From Tepidisphaera sp. (GTDB lineage Bacteria; Planctomycetota; Phycisphaerae; Phycisphaerales; UBA1924), in NCBI GenBank assembly GCA_050916045.1, contig CP051526.1:2656001-2720000 (forward strand): a stretch of 64,000 bases of DNA, written 5' to 3'. Positions 41,701-50,406 of this stretch are shown here, in pieces. The translations under genes were made by a program, and so were the position numbers. The notes below the pieces were generated by a model. It saw nothing but the letters and a program-made list of their open reading frames with translations. It was not told the origin of the DNA and ran no database searches. The stretch's first letter is position 1; each line of letters starts with the position of its first letter.

Positions 41701-41775
41701 GTCGCGTTCGCTCTCGGACATGGGGTACGTCGGGAGCGAGCCGGGATTGGACTTCAGCACGGGGAGCGCGGTCAT
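38755..41775 (-). CDS. FAD-linked oxidase / 4Fe-4S fusion oxidoreductase (YdiJ/GlcDF-like)
   Basis: RGGGTSLAGQ, GSEGTL, GEHGDG, CNGAGVC, CLSCKACKTECP, CCG domains. Confidence 0.92.
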   Translation of the reverse strand: MTALPVLKSNPGSLPTYPMSESERDAVARDLANAVRGEVRFDRHNRMLYATDASLYQVEPLGVVIPADIEDAVAAVEFCSKRSLPILPRGGGTSLAGQCTNRAVVIDFSAFCGKVLSIDAEGRECFVEPGISVDDLNDALGRRTNLFFAPDPATSKHCNIGGAIGNNAAGSRSIRYGRTSESLLGVDVMLADGTRLTFDKGAALRDPRVRELTRRVADVILPIAPIIKGRFPKTVRRNAGYALDMVLAAIEKDPANLSEVNLAHLVCGSEGTLAVTLGARLALHPKPKSKGLSVLGFSDLDEAIAAVIPILATGPSAVELLDDMVVGLASANAEYRRYVELMPLPADGKPLKAVLYVEYFSTYGPEEIQAKFDQLAKIMPGIARQDHTDAKAMLNAWKLRKAGEPLLHGVPGDRKPITFIEDNAIPVERLGEFVKRLRAIVTKHGTIAAYWAHASVGVLHVRPLIDIHDTADRKIMQAIAVETADLARELGGVMSGEHGDGRVRGPLLERFFGPEIMAAFRDVKTIFDPRNLLNPGNIVEPRPIESISQKLRVEPAIDRPTTFPSVHTSFNYDDQHGFEGAVEMCNGAGVCRKKTGGTMCPSYQATLDERHSTRGRGNALRLAISGQLGAPETPGGVWNDPGTIETLNLCLSCKACKTECPSNVDISRLKAEYTSQRYKAAGGPPLSAMMFGYVRTLNRLGSLTPGLANWMNRTPLVKWLLKKFAKIDPRRDVPAFARSLASDFRAEPAHAKPRVALFGDCFTMFNEPGIGRATKIVYEALGYHIALADAGCCGRSFISTGLLPEAIDQVDATIERLRPLIDDERVEAILVAEPSCLSAIKDDWLQINLQAPIALRKKLAAKCFLPEEFLARADHAAQLKAMCDDADGGRLLRPVVLHGHCHQKALWGAESSAKILREILGDDLKVLDTGCCGMAGSFGFTTDRYDLSMRIGELTLFPALRDAPHAQVCAPGTSCRHQIHDGAGRKAVHPIELIAERITGVPGKPE

Positions 41776-41830
41776 CGGCGGGAGTTTAGACGTTCGCGGG
41801 ACGAGGAAAGGCGGAAGCCCGCGTGGAGCG

Positions 41831-43558
41831 TCAATCGACGCGGATGACGCGGACCTCGCGGGGGGTCAGTTCGCTGGCGGGCTTGTAGAGCGGGGCACCG
41901 AACTTGGCGACGGCGCGGCCGGCGATTTCGTCGAAGGCTTTGTTCGTCGCGTCGGCGAACCCGGCGGGGAGCTTGAGGCCGTAGGTTCGTTCGTGCTTGT
42001 CCCCGAGGTTGGCGACGATGAGGAACTTCTTCCCCTCGTGCTCGCGGGTGAAGGCGTAGACGCGCGGGGAACCGGCGTCGACGATCGCCATGGTGCCGAT
42101 GCTGAGGGCGGGGTTCTCGCGGCGGAGGCGGATGAGCTTCTTGTAGAGGTTGAGGAGGCTCTTGGGGTCCTTCTGCTGGGCGTCGACGTTCTTGCCGGGA
42201 GCGTCCTTGTTGACGGCTCGCCAGGGGTCGGTGGCGGTGGTGAATCCGGCGTTCTTCCCGCTTGTCCACTGCATGGGCGTGCGGAGGTCCTCGTCGGGCT
42301 TCTTGCCGGTCATGCCGATCTCCTCGCCGAAGTAGACGAAGGGGATGCCGGGGCTGGTGAGGAGGAGGGTCGCGGCGAGTTTGGCTTTGGCCCAGGCGGC
42401 GTCGGGCGTGGCGCGGGAGGCTGCGTCGCCGCCGCCGAAGCGGGACATGACGCGTTCCTGATCGTGGTTGCTCAGGAAGGTCGAGTACTGACCCCGGGGG
42501 TACTGCGAGAGGTTGACCTCCCACTGCTTGTCGAGCTTGTCGCGGAGGCCGTCGTTGATGGCGTCGATGGTCGCGTAAGCGGTGTGGAACTCAAAGCAGG
42601 AGTCGAGCTCATTCCCGATGTACGGGATGACCTGGGCGGTCTCGGCCCAGACCTCGCCGACGGTGAACGCGTTGGCGTTGACGCCCTTGTAGAAGGAGTG
42701 GAACCCCTTGAGCCACGCGTGCGTGGACTGGGTGCTTTCCTGAAGCTGCTCTTCTTCGATCAGGTGGCGGATCGCGTCGATGCGATAGCCGTCGACGCCG
42801 CCGTTCTCCGGGAGCATCCAGAAGCGGACGACGTCGTTCATCGCGGCGGTGACGGCGGGGTTGCGGAAGTTGAGGTCGGGCATTCCCTTGTAGAAGATGC
42901 CGTAGTAGTACGAGCCGGGCTCACCCTCACCTTGCTTGGGCCACGGATGCCAGACCTCCTGATTCCAGGGACCCTTCCACACGGGCTTGACGGTCTGCCA
43001 GACGAACCAGTCGCGGGTGGGGCTGTTGGGCTTGACGGCGTCCTTGAACCATGGGTGGTCCCAGGAGCAGTGGTTGGGGACCAGGTCGAGGATGACGCGG
43101 ATGTTGCGGCGCTTGGCTTCGGCCATGAAGCGTTTGAAGCTGGCGTTGTCGCCGAACTCTCGGTCGATGGCTTTGTAGTCGGCGATGTCGTAGCCGTGGT
43201 AGCTGGGCGACTCCATGATGGGCATGAGCCAGATGGCGTTGACGCCCAGGTCTGTCGTGGAGTTGGGATCGCCGTCGTTGAGGTAGTCGAGGCGTTCGAT
43301 GAGCCCGTCGAAATCGCCGATGCCGTCGCCCGCGAGCGGCCCCTTAGTCGAGTCGGCGAAGGAGCGGACGAAGATCTGGTAGAAGACGGCTTGGTTCCAC
43401 CACTTGCTGAGGTCGGGCTCGAACTTCGGGCCCACGGGACCGACGGGCTGTTGGGGCGTCGGCGCGGTGGCGGAGGGGTTGGTGGTCGCCTGGCCCTGAG
43501 CGAGGGAAGCGAACGCGAAGGAAGCGACGGCGGCGGAAGTGTGGTGTTTGCGGCGCAT
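41831..43558 (-). CDS. Secreted GH13 alpha-amylase family hydrolase
   Basis: YQIFVRSF, SYHGYD, DLVPNH, GYRIDAIRH, VGEVW, FLSNHD; AGGAG SD and signal peptide. Confidence 0.92.
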   Translation of the reverse strand: MRRKHHTSAAVASFAFASLAQGQATTNPSATAPTPQQPVGPVGPKFEPDLSKWWNQAVFYQIFVRSFADSTKGPLAGDGIGDFDGLIERLDYLNDGDPNSTTDLGVNAIWLMPIMESPSYHGYDIADYKAIDREFGDNASFKRFMAEAKRRNIRVILDLVPNHCSWDHPWFKDAVKPNSPTRDWFVWQTVKPVWKGPWNQEVWHPWPKQGEGEPGSYYYGIFYKGMPDLNFRNPAVTAAMNDVVRFWMLPENGGVDGYRIDAIRHLIEEEQLQESTQSTHAWLKGFHSFYKGVNANAFTVGEVWAETAQVIPYIGNELDSCFEFHTAYATIDAINDGLRDKLDKQWEVNLSQYPRGQYSTFLSNHDQERVMSRFGGGDAASRATPDAAWAKAKLAATLLLTSPGIPFVYFGEEIGMTGKKPDEDLRTPMQWTSGKNAGFTTATDPWRAVNKDAPGKNVDAQQKDPKSLLNLYKKLIRLRRENPALSIGTMAIVDAGSPRVYAFTREHEGKKFLIVANLGDKHERTYGLKLPAGFADATNKAFDEIAGRAVAKFGAPLYKPASELTPREVRVIRVD

Positions 43559-43678
43559 GCGGACTCCTGCGGGGGCCGAAGAGAATCGGGCGGTCTGGAA
43601 ATCCGAGAAGACGGTAGGGCGGACGCCCCGGAACGGGCACCGAGCGACATTCGCGCGTGGAGTTTGCAGGCCGGAGTG

Positions 43679-43700
43679 CATATCAATACCCATCGATGCG
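43679..43700. promoter_or_regulatory. Putative ArsR operator overlapping arsR start
   Basis: ATCAAT-accc-ATCGAT, same ATCGAT-N4-ATCGAT dyad as two sites downstream. Confidence 0.6.
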
Positions 43701-44067
43701 TGACGCAGACTTTGTCAAGGTGGCGAAGGCCCTCGCGGACCCGACGCGGTTCCGTATGCTGCAGGAAATCCGCAGCAAGGGATCGCTCAACTGCTCGCAG
43801 GTCTGCAACTGTTTCCCCCTCAGCCAGCCGACGATCTCGCACCACATCAAGACGCTTGAAGCAGCGGGTCTGATCACCGTCCGCAAGGAAGGGCAGTACC
43901 ACGTGCTCACGGCGTGCGAAGCGAGGCTGAACGCGTTCACGCGGGCGGTCGAGGGCGAGGAACCGGTCACCGCGAACGCATCCCAAACCGCGAGCGAGGA
44001 AACGCCGGCCAAGGCACGAAAGCCAAAGGCCACGGCGACGCGGAAGGCCCGGAAAGCCTCGACCTGA
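43696..44067 (+). CDS. ArsR/SmtB family regulator
   Basis: KALADPTRFRML..LSQPTISHHIKTL..AGLI..RKEG; CxxxC. Confidence 0.92.
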   Translation: MRDADFVKVAKALADPTRFRMLQEIRSKGSLNCSQVCNCFPLSQPTISHHIKTLEAAGLITVRKEGQYHVLTACEARLNAFTRAVEGEEPVTANASQTASEETPAKARKPKATATRKARKAST

Positions 44068-44129
44068 ACGGGTTTGCGCTTCCCCTCACGCTTTATCGAA
44101 GATTTTTCCGCGCCGGGCTTGAACCAATC

Positions 44130-44173
44130 GCATCGATGGGCATCAATATACTCGTATTGATGAGCGTCGATAC
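44130..44173. promoter_or_regulatory. Two tandem putative ArsR operators upstream of redox operon
   Basis: gcATCGAT-gggc-ATCAATat and gtATTGAT-gagc-GTCGATac in an AT-rich patch, TATACT between them. Confidence 0.65.
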
Positions 44174-44209
44174 ATTTAAGACGCGGGGCGGGGTCCAGGG
44201 AGTCTGAAC

Positions 44210-44461
44210 GTGGGCAAGCTTGAAGGCAGAACGATCCTGATCACCGGGGGCACCAGCGGCATCGGGCGGGCGACGGCTCTGGATCTCGCGAGCCGCGGCG
44301 CGAACGTGGTCATCACGGGGCGGCGGGCCTCCGAGGGTGAGAGCACGGTCGCGGACCTTCGCCGGGTCGGCGCGAAAGCCGAGTTTGTGCGCGGGGATGT
44401 GACCGACGAAGAGCACCTGCGGCAAGCCGTGAAGGTAGATGGCGGGTTTACGAGTCAGTGA
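44210..44461 (+). pseudogene. Internally deleted short-chain dehydrogenase
   Basis: SDR N-terminus ([14 protein letters not shown]) joined directly to SDR C-terminal VDGGFTSQ; no NNAG or YxxxK. Confidence 0.75.
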
Positions 44462-44487
44462 GCGGGTGGCCGGATCGGGAGCTGAAC

Positions 44488-44769
44488 ATGTCGGTCATTT
44501 ATCGAGCATTCAAGGGTCTGGCGGCGGGTGCGGCGGCGCTGTCCGCGGCAAACGCGGCGGCGATCGACCTTGCGGCGTTCGCCGGAGCCGGCGGCGACCT
44601 CACGCCCGAGCCGGCGTGCCGGTGCGTGACAGATGAAGAAAAGCGGGCGTGCATCCGGGGGGCGGGTTGGACGGAAGCGGACGGGTCAGATGAAGATTCG
44701 GCGGAGATCGCCGAAGGGGCGGCTTTGGAGGAGATCCATTGGCCTGTCCTTGCCTTACGCTCAGAGTGA
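44488..44769 (+). CDS. Small hypothetical protein
   Basis: ORF filling the operon gap, GGGAG upstream; Ala-rich N-terminus, CRC..C, acidic tail. Confidence 0.45.
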   Translation: MSVIYRAFKGLAAGAAALSAANAAAIDLAAFAGAGGDLTPEPACRCVTDEEKRACIRGAGWTEADGSDEDSAEIAEGAALEEIHWPVLALRSE

Positions 44770-44811
44770 TGAGGCGGCGGGAACTTGAACACCGGAACCA
44801 GGAGAAGACAC

Positions 44812-45537
44812 ATGGCGACGATCGCGCTGATCACGGGCGGGAACAAGGGCATCGGATTTGAGACGGCACGGCAGCTTGGGAAGAAGGGGATCACGGTGCT
44901 GATCGGGGCCCGCGATGAACAGCGCGGACTGGCGGCGGTCGAGACGCTCCGCAAGGAGGGGATCGCGGCCAAGTGGGTCGCCCTTGAGGTCACGGATGCG
45001 GCGTCGATCAAGAAAGCCGTCGAACAGGTCTCGAGCGAATTCGGCGTGCTGGACATCCTCGTGAACAACGCGGGCTGGCTCGACTACGCGAGCGAGGGGA
45101 TCGCCTCGACGGTCTCCATCGAAACGCTTCGCAAGACGTTCGACATCAACTACTTCGGTCTGGTCGCGGTGACGCAGGCGTTCCTGCCGCTGATCCGAAA
45201 GAGCAAAGCCGGGCGGATCGTGAACCTCACGAGCATCCTGGGCAGCATCGCCGAGCACGCCGACCCCAACAGCCCGATCTACGGCGCGAAGTTCCTCGCG
45301 TACGACAGCAGCAAAGCGGCCGTGAACATGTTCACGAACCACCTCGCGCACGAGCTCAAGGGCGCGCCGATCAAGGTCAACGCGGCCCACCCGGGCTGGG
45401 TCAAGACCGACCTGGGCGGCGAGCAGGCGCCGATGGAGGTCGTGGATGGTGCGAAGACGAGCGTCGAACTCGCGACGCTTCCGGAGAACGGGCCCAGCGG
45501 TGGTTTCTTCCACATGGGCGTGCACATGCGTTGGTGA
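44812..45537 (+). CDS. SDR oxidoreductase (carbonyl reductase-like)
   Basis: TGGNKGIG, NNAG, YDSSK, HPGWVKTDLGG. Confidence 0.93.
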   Translation: MATIALITGGNKGIGFETARQLGKKGITVLIGARDEQRGLAAVETLRKEGIAAKWVALEVTDAASIKKAVEQVSSEFGVLDILVNNAGWLDYASEGIASTVSIETLRKTFDINYFGLVAVTQAFLPLIRKSKAGRIVNLTSILGSIAEHADPNSPIYGAKFLAYDSSKAAVNMFTNHLAHELKGAPIKVNAAHPGWVKTDLGGEQAPMEVVDGAKTSVELATLPENGPSGGFFHMGVHMRW

Positions 45538-45554
45538 TCGGAGGACTTTCGACG

Positions 45555-46661
45555 ATGCCCACGCTTCAGACTCCCATCAAGATCGGCCCGCTGACGGCGC
45601 GGAACCGCGTGTTCATGGCGCCGCTCACGCGTTCGCGGGGCGACGATCACGAGGTGCCGACGGATCTGGTCGTCGAGCACTACCGGCAGCGCGCTTCGGC
45701 GGGCCTGATCATCTCGGAGGCGTCGCCGATCTCGCCGCAGGGGCGGGGATATCCGTGGACGCCGGGGCTTTTCTCTCCCGAGCAGGTCCGCGGGTGGAAA
45801 GCGGTGACGGACGCGGTTCATGCCGAGGGCGGGATGATGTTCGCTCAGCTCTGGCACGTGGGTCGGATCTCGCATCCGGACTTTCAGCCCGACGGCGGGC
45901 TCCCGGTCGCGCCCTCGGCGATTGATCCGAGCGGGGAAGCACGCACGCCGACGGGCCTCAAGCCGCGTGTCGCACCGCGGGCCCTCGACATCGGCGAGAT
46001 TCCGGGGATCATGGAGGACTACCGCCGCGCGGCGGCCAACGCGAAAGGCGCGGGATTCGACGGCGTTGAGCTTCATGGAGCCAACGGGTACCTGCCCGAC
46101 CAGTTCCTGCGGGATTCGACCAACCATCGCACCGATCGATACGGCGGTTCGATCTCCAACCGGGCCCGGTTCATGCTCGAAGCGGCTCAGGTGTGCATCG
46201 ATGTCTGGGGCGCGTCGCGGGTCGGAGTCAGACTGAATCCGTCGATCATCACGCCGGGGATGACGGATTCGACGCCGCGCGAGACCTTCGGGCACGTGGT
46301 GCGCGAGCTTGGCAAGCTTGGCGTCGCATACCTGCACATCATGGAGCGTGTCTCGTACGACCTCACGCCGCCGAGCGACGAGGGGAACATCAACGTCGGG
46401 TACTTCCGGCCGATGTACGACGGGGTGCTGATCGCGAATTCCGGGTTCGATCTTCAGAAGTCGCAGCGATATCTGGACAACGGCTGGGCGGACGCGATCG
46501 CGTTTGGCCGGCCTTTCATCGCGAACCCGGATCTGCCCGAGCGGCTCCGCAGGCAGGCATCGGGGGAGCCGGTGACCTTTAACGAGCCGGACCGGTCGAC
46601 GTTCTACACTCGGGGTGCCAAGGGGTACACGGACTACCCCCCACTCTCGCCCCGGGGCTGA
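45555..46661 (+). CDS. Old yellow enzyme alkene reductase (NemA-like)
   Basis: MAPLTRSR, QLWHVGR, GFDGVELHGANGYL, FGRPFIANPDL, GYTDYP. Confidence 0.93.
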   Translation: MPTLQTPIKIGPLTARNRVFMAPLTRSRGDDHEVPTDLVVEHYRQRASAGLIISEASPISPQGRGYPWTPGLFSPEQVRGWKAVTDAVHAEGGMMFAQLWHVGRISHPDFQPDGGLPVAPSAIDPSGEARTPTGLKPRVAPRALDIGEIPGIMEDYRRAAANAKGAGFDGVELHGANGYLPDQFLRDSTNHRTDRYGGSISNRARFMLEAAQVCIDVWGASRVGVRLNPSIITPGMTDSTPRETFGHVVRELGKLGVAYLHIMERVSYDLTPPSDEGNINVGYFRPMYDGVLIANSGFDLQKSQRYLDNGWADAIAFGRPFIANPDLPERLRRQASGEPVTFNEPDRSTFYTRGAKGYTDYPPLSPRG

Positions 46662-46689
46662 AACCCTCGATTGACCAAAGGAGCTTGCG

Positions 46690-47700
46690 ATGCACGATGC
46701 GACCCTTTCGCGCCGGACCATGTTCAAAGCGGCGGGCCTCGGAGCCGCTGCCGCCTTCGCCGGCAACACGTACGCCACGACGCTTTCGGGCAAACCGATG
46801 CCGCTGATCGACGATGCCCCCAAGAGCAACGCTGGCAAGCAGGGAGCCGGGTTCTACCGGTTCAGCGTCGGCACCATCGAGGGCACGGTGCTGACGGCCG
46901 GTTCGTTCACCATTCCCAACCCGCACCCGACGATCGCTCCCGAAGCGTCGAAAGAGGACTTCGTCAAGGCGATGGAGGGAGCTCTCCACCCTGCGGACAA
47001 GGCTTCGCTTGAGATCAACCCCACGGTCTTCAAGATCGGATCCGAGCTGGTCCTCGTCGATTCGGGCGGTGACAACCTGCGAGCGGTCGACAACCTCCGC
47101 GCGGCGGGCATGAAGCCCGAGCAGATCACCGCGGTCATCATCACCCACGCGCACGGCGACCACATCGGCGGCACCCTCACCAAGGACGGCTCGCCGGTCT
47201 ATCCCAACGCCAAGGTCTTCCTGGGCAAAGCCGAGCACGACTTCTGGAGCGGCCCGGCCGACATGCCCAACTCGCGCATGCCCGTCGACAACCGCAAGGG
47301 CATGGCCGATGGCGCGAGAAAGTGGATCGCCTCGATGAAGGGCCGCTTGGAGCTCGTCAAGCCCGGGGACAAGATCCTCAGCGGTCTCGAGATCGTCGAC
47401 GGCTCGGGCCACACGCCCGGCCACCTCTGCATCTCCGTGACCAGCGGCAGCGAGAAGGTCTTCCTCCTCGCCGATCTGGTCCATCACCCTGTCGCGATGT
47501 TCCACAACCCCGACTGGACGATCGGTTTCGACGCCGACCCCAAAGCCGCGGCCGCCGCTCGCAAGCGGATCTTCCCGATGCTCGCGTCCGACAAAGCCCG
47601 AGTCCTCGCGTACCACCTGCCGTGGCCGGGCTTTGGACGCGTCGGCAAGCATGGCGACGCCTACTGGTGGGCGCCCGAAGCGTGGAACTGGGGCGAGTAA
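46690..47700 (+). CDS. Tat-exported MBL-fold metallo-hydrolase
   Basis: SRRTMFK Tat motif; THAHGDHIGG; GHTPGH; YHLPWPG. Confidence 0.9.
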   Translation: MHDATLSRRTMFKAAGLGAAAAFAGNTYATTLSGKPMPLIDDAPKSNAGKQGAGFYRFSVGTIEGTVLTAGSFTIPNPHPTIAPEASKEDFVKAMEGALHPADKASLEINPTVFKIGSELVLVDSGGDNLRAVDNLRAAGMKPEQITAVIITHAHGDHIGGTLTKDGSPVYPNAKVFLGKAEHDFWSGPADMPNSRMPVDNRKGMADGARKWIASMKGRLELVKPGDKILSGLEIVDGSGHTPGHLCISVTSGSEKVFLLADLVHHPVAMFHNPDWTIGFDADPKAAAAARKRIFPMLASDKARVLAYHLPWPGFGRVGKHGDAYWWAPEAWNWGE

Positions 47701-47779
47701 ACCCGTCCGCGACTGCGAAAGTGAAGAACGCACGCTCAAGACCATCCTCACGGATGGTCTTTTTCGCTGGGCGGTCCGG

Positions 47780-48358
47780 TCAGCGCTCGAGGATCGCTTC
47801 GGCGCTGAGCACTGGGCCGTTGTCCGGCTGGGTGAGGGTGGCTTGGATCAACGTACGGCCGCGAACGACGTCCGCTCCCTCGCTCCCGCCGACCCACGCC
47901 GGCACGCCGGTGAGCTGCATGCGATACGTCCGCGTCGCGAGATCGAACATCGAAGCGTTCGTCCGCAGATCGGAAAGATCGATGTCCCATCGCGTCGAAC
48001 CATCGGCCGCCGGAGCTGGCATCGAGTCTGTTCCGACGCTCGACGGACGCTGGCGAACGATCCGGAGCATCAAGGAGCCGAGCCCCTTCGTCGAATCGCC
48101 CCAGGCGTCGCGCATCTCAAGATGGATCACGACCTCGAGCGGCGAGTCCTTCCCCCCCACCGTCCGCGTGAGGGGATGGATCCGGATGGATGCGGGGGCA
48201 AAGGGGTTGGTCGCCGCTTGCGCCGCCCCACCCCCACCGCCACTCCCGCTCCCGCGGATCGGGCCGGGCTTGGCGGGGTCGGAAGAGGACATCCACGAGC
48301 ATCCTCCGAGGAGGGACGCCGCGGCCATGCTGAGCAGGATCGACGAGATTCGCGCCAT
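47780..48358 (-). CDS. Hypothetical lipoprotein
   Basis: LLGGC lipobox; divergent from znuA. Confidence 0.7.
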   Translation of the reverse strand: MARISSILLSMAAASLLGGCSWMSSSDPAKPGPIRGSGSGGGGGAAQAATNPFAPASIRIHPLTRTVGGKDSPLEVVIHLEMRDAWGDSTKGLGSLMLRIVRQRPSSVGTDSMPAPAADGSTRWDIDLSDLRTNASMFDLATRTYRMQLTGVPAWVGGSEGADVVRGRTLIQATLTQPDNGPVLSAEAILER

Positions 48359-48408
48359 CTGGCCCTGAGTCTACCGGCCCGAGGCGAACCCGGCCGCTCG
48401 AACGGGCG

Positions 48409-48433
48409 TATGCTTACTGAGAGTGCATTCTCA
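48409..48433 (+). promoter_or_regulatory. -10 element plus Fur/Zur-like inverted repeat upstream of metal ABC operon
   Basis: TATGCT (48409-48414) followed by TGAGAGT-gc-ATTCTCA (48418-48433). Confidence 0.6.
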
Positions 48434-48447
48434 TTGGAGGGTTCCGC

Positions 48448-49491
48448 ATGGTTCGCCGTGGGCTTTGGGTACTCGTCGGCCTTTCCTTGATCCTGTCTCT
48501 TGGCTTGGTGCCGGCGTGCACCGGGAAGAAAGGCCGCGCCCCTGGCCCGGTCCGCGCGGTGGTCACGATCGCGCCCCTCGCGGGGCTGGTCAAGCCGCTG
48601 CTCCCCCCGTCGGCCGATATCAAGATCCTCATGGCTCCCGGCCGAAGCGAGCACGGCGAGGAGTTCACCGCCGACGACCTCGCCCACTTCGCGAAAGCGG
48701 ATCTGGTGGTGCTCGTGGGCATGTCCCTCGAGCCCAAGGTCGAGGCTTTCCTCAAGGAACACCCCGACGCGAATCGGCAGGTCGTGAACTTCGCCGAAGC
48801 CGTCGGCATCTCCGCTGAGCACGACCACGCTCACGATCATGATCACGACCATGAGCACTGCGATCACTCCGGCGGCGACCCGCACCTCTGGCTCGACCCC
48901 GTCCTCGTTGCCCAGGTCGTTCCGTCCATCAGCAAAGCCGCCGCCGCGGCGGTCCAGCTCGCCGGTCCCACCTCCAGCACCGATGGAAAGATCGACGCCG
49001 CCGCTTCGCAAACCTGGACCAAGGTGCAGCTCCCCGCCGCCGAAACCGAGCTCCTCGCTCAGGTGCTCAAGATCGACGACGAGTACCGCGAAGCTCTCAA
49101 GCCGCACGCCGGCAAGGGCATCGTGACCCACCACGCCGCGTGGGGACGCCTCGCCGAACGCTACGGCCTTAAGGTCGCCGAGGTCCTCCGCCCGGTCGAA
49201 AGCGTCGAGCCCGACGCGGCCCACACCGCCACCGTCATCGAAGCAGTGAAGGCTTCGGGCACCGGCGTCATCTTCATCGAGCCCGCGTACGACCGCCGCT
49301 CCGCCGATCGCATCGCGCAAGCTTCCGGATCCCGCCTCGTCACGATCGACCCGCTCGGCACCGGCGACTGGGCCGGCATGATGCGGGCGAACCTCGCGGG
49401 GTTCCTCGACGCCTTCGGCGGCGCGAGTGCCGCTTCCCCCGCCCCCACTCCGACTCCCGCCCCCACTCCCGCTCCGGTCGGGGGCAACTAG
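48448..49491 (+). CDS. znuA: Zn/Mn ABC transporter substrate-binding protein
   Basis: PGRSEH, His/Asp-rich loop HDHAHDHDHDHEH, DPHLWLDP, HHAAW. Confidence 0.88.
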   Translation: MVRRGLWVLVGLSLILSLGLVPACTGKKGRAPGPVRAVVTIAPLAGLVKPLLPPSADIKILMAPGRSEHGEEFTADDLAHFAKADLVVLVGMSLEPKVEAFLKEHPDANRQVVNFAEAVGISAEHDHAHDHDHDHEHCDHSGGDPHLWLDPVLVAQVVPSISKAAAAAVQLAGPTSSTDGKIDAAASQTWTKVQLPAAETELLAQVLKIDDEYREALKPHAGKGIVTHHAAWGRLAERYGLKVAEVLRPVESVEPDAAHTATVIEAVKASGTGVIFIEPAYDRRSADRIAQASGSRLVTIDPLGTGDWAGMMRANLAGFLDAFGGASAASPAPTPTPAPTPAPVGGN

Positions 49492-49497
49492 ACTGGG

Positions 49498-50406
49498 ATG
49501 ATGAAGGAGCCCAAGCAGGACGTCGCGGTGGTGTACGAAAGCGTGTCGTACGCCTATCCGCACGCGCCCGCCGACCAGGGCCGCGCCTCGCGCCAGGGCG
49601 TCGCGGTCGAGAGCCTGACCTTCACCGTGCGGGCGGGCGAACGCCTCGGCATCCTCGGGCCCAACGGCGGCGGCAAGAGCACACTCCTGCGCCTCACGCT
49701 GGGAATGATGGAGCCCACCTCCGGCAAGATCTCCGTCTTCGGCGTTTCTCCCCGCGAAGCACGCCGGGCCCGCCTCGTCGGCTACGTCCCCCAGCGGAGC
49801 GAAGCCGAGACCGCGTTCCCCCTCTGCGTCCGCGAGGTGGTCACCATGGCCGCGACCGTCGGCCTCTCGCCCTGGCGGAGCGTCTCGACCGAAGCCAAAG
49901 CCCACGTCGGCCGCTGCCTCGCGCTCGTCGGTGCCGAAGACCTCGCCGAGCGGCACATCGGCGGCTTGTCCGGCGGGCAGATGCAGCGGGTCCTGATGGC
50001 CCGGGCCCTCGCGGCTTCGCCCAAGCTCCTCCTGCTCGACGAACCCACCGTCGGGATCGACGCGTCCGGCCAGAAGCAGTTCGCCGAGATGCTCCAGCGC
50101 GTGCAGAGCGAGCTCGGCGTCACCGTCATCATCGTGAGCCACGACCTCCGCACCGTCGCCGCCGGCTGCGACCGCGTCGCATGCCTGAGCAGGACGCTCC
50201 ACTTCCACGCGGCCCCGGCCGGGCTCACACCCGCCGTGCTCGCCGAGGTCTTCCGGCACGATGTCTCGGCGATCTTCGGCGACATCCACATCGACGCCCA
50301 CCAGGCCGCCGGCTGCTCAGGGCATCACCATGCTCCATCCGAACCCATCACCCTGAGCGTGAGCGACGTTTCGCGCCGCGCCGCGAAGGGCGGTGACCGC
50401 CCGTGA
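49498..50406 (+). CDS. znuC: Zn/Mn ABC transporter ATPase
   Basis: GPNGGGKST, YVPQ, LSGGQMQR, LLDEPT, SHD; His-rich tail. Confidence 0.88.
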   Translation: MMKEPKQDVAVVYESVSYAYPHAPADQGRASRQGVAVESLTFTVRAGERLGILGPNGGGKSTLLRLTLGMMEPTSGKISVFGVSPREARRARLVGYVPQRSEAETAFPLCVREVVTMAATVGLSPWRSVSTEAKAHVGRCLALVGAEDLAERHIGGLSGGQMQRVLMARALAASPKLLLLDEPTVGIDASGQKQFAEMLQRVQSELGVTVIIVSHDLRTVAAGCDRVACLSRTLHFHAAPAGLTPAVLAEVFRHDVSAIFGDIHIDAHQAAGCSGHHHAPSEPITLSVSDVSRRAAKGGDRP

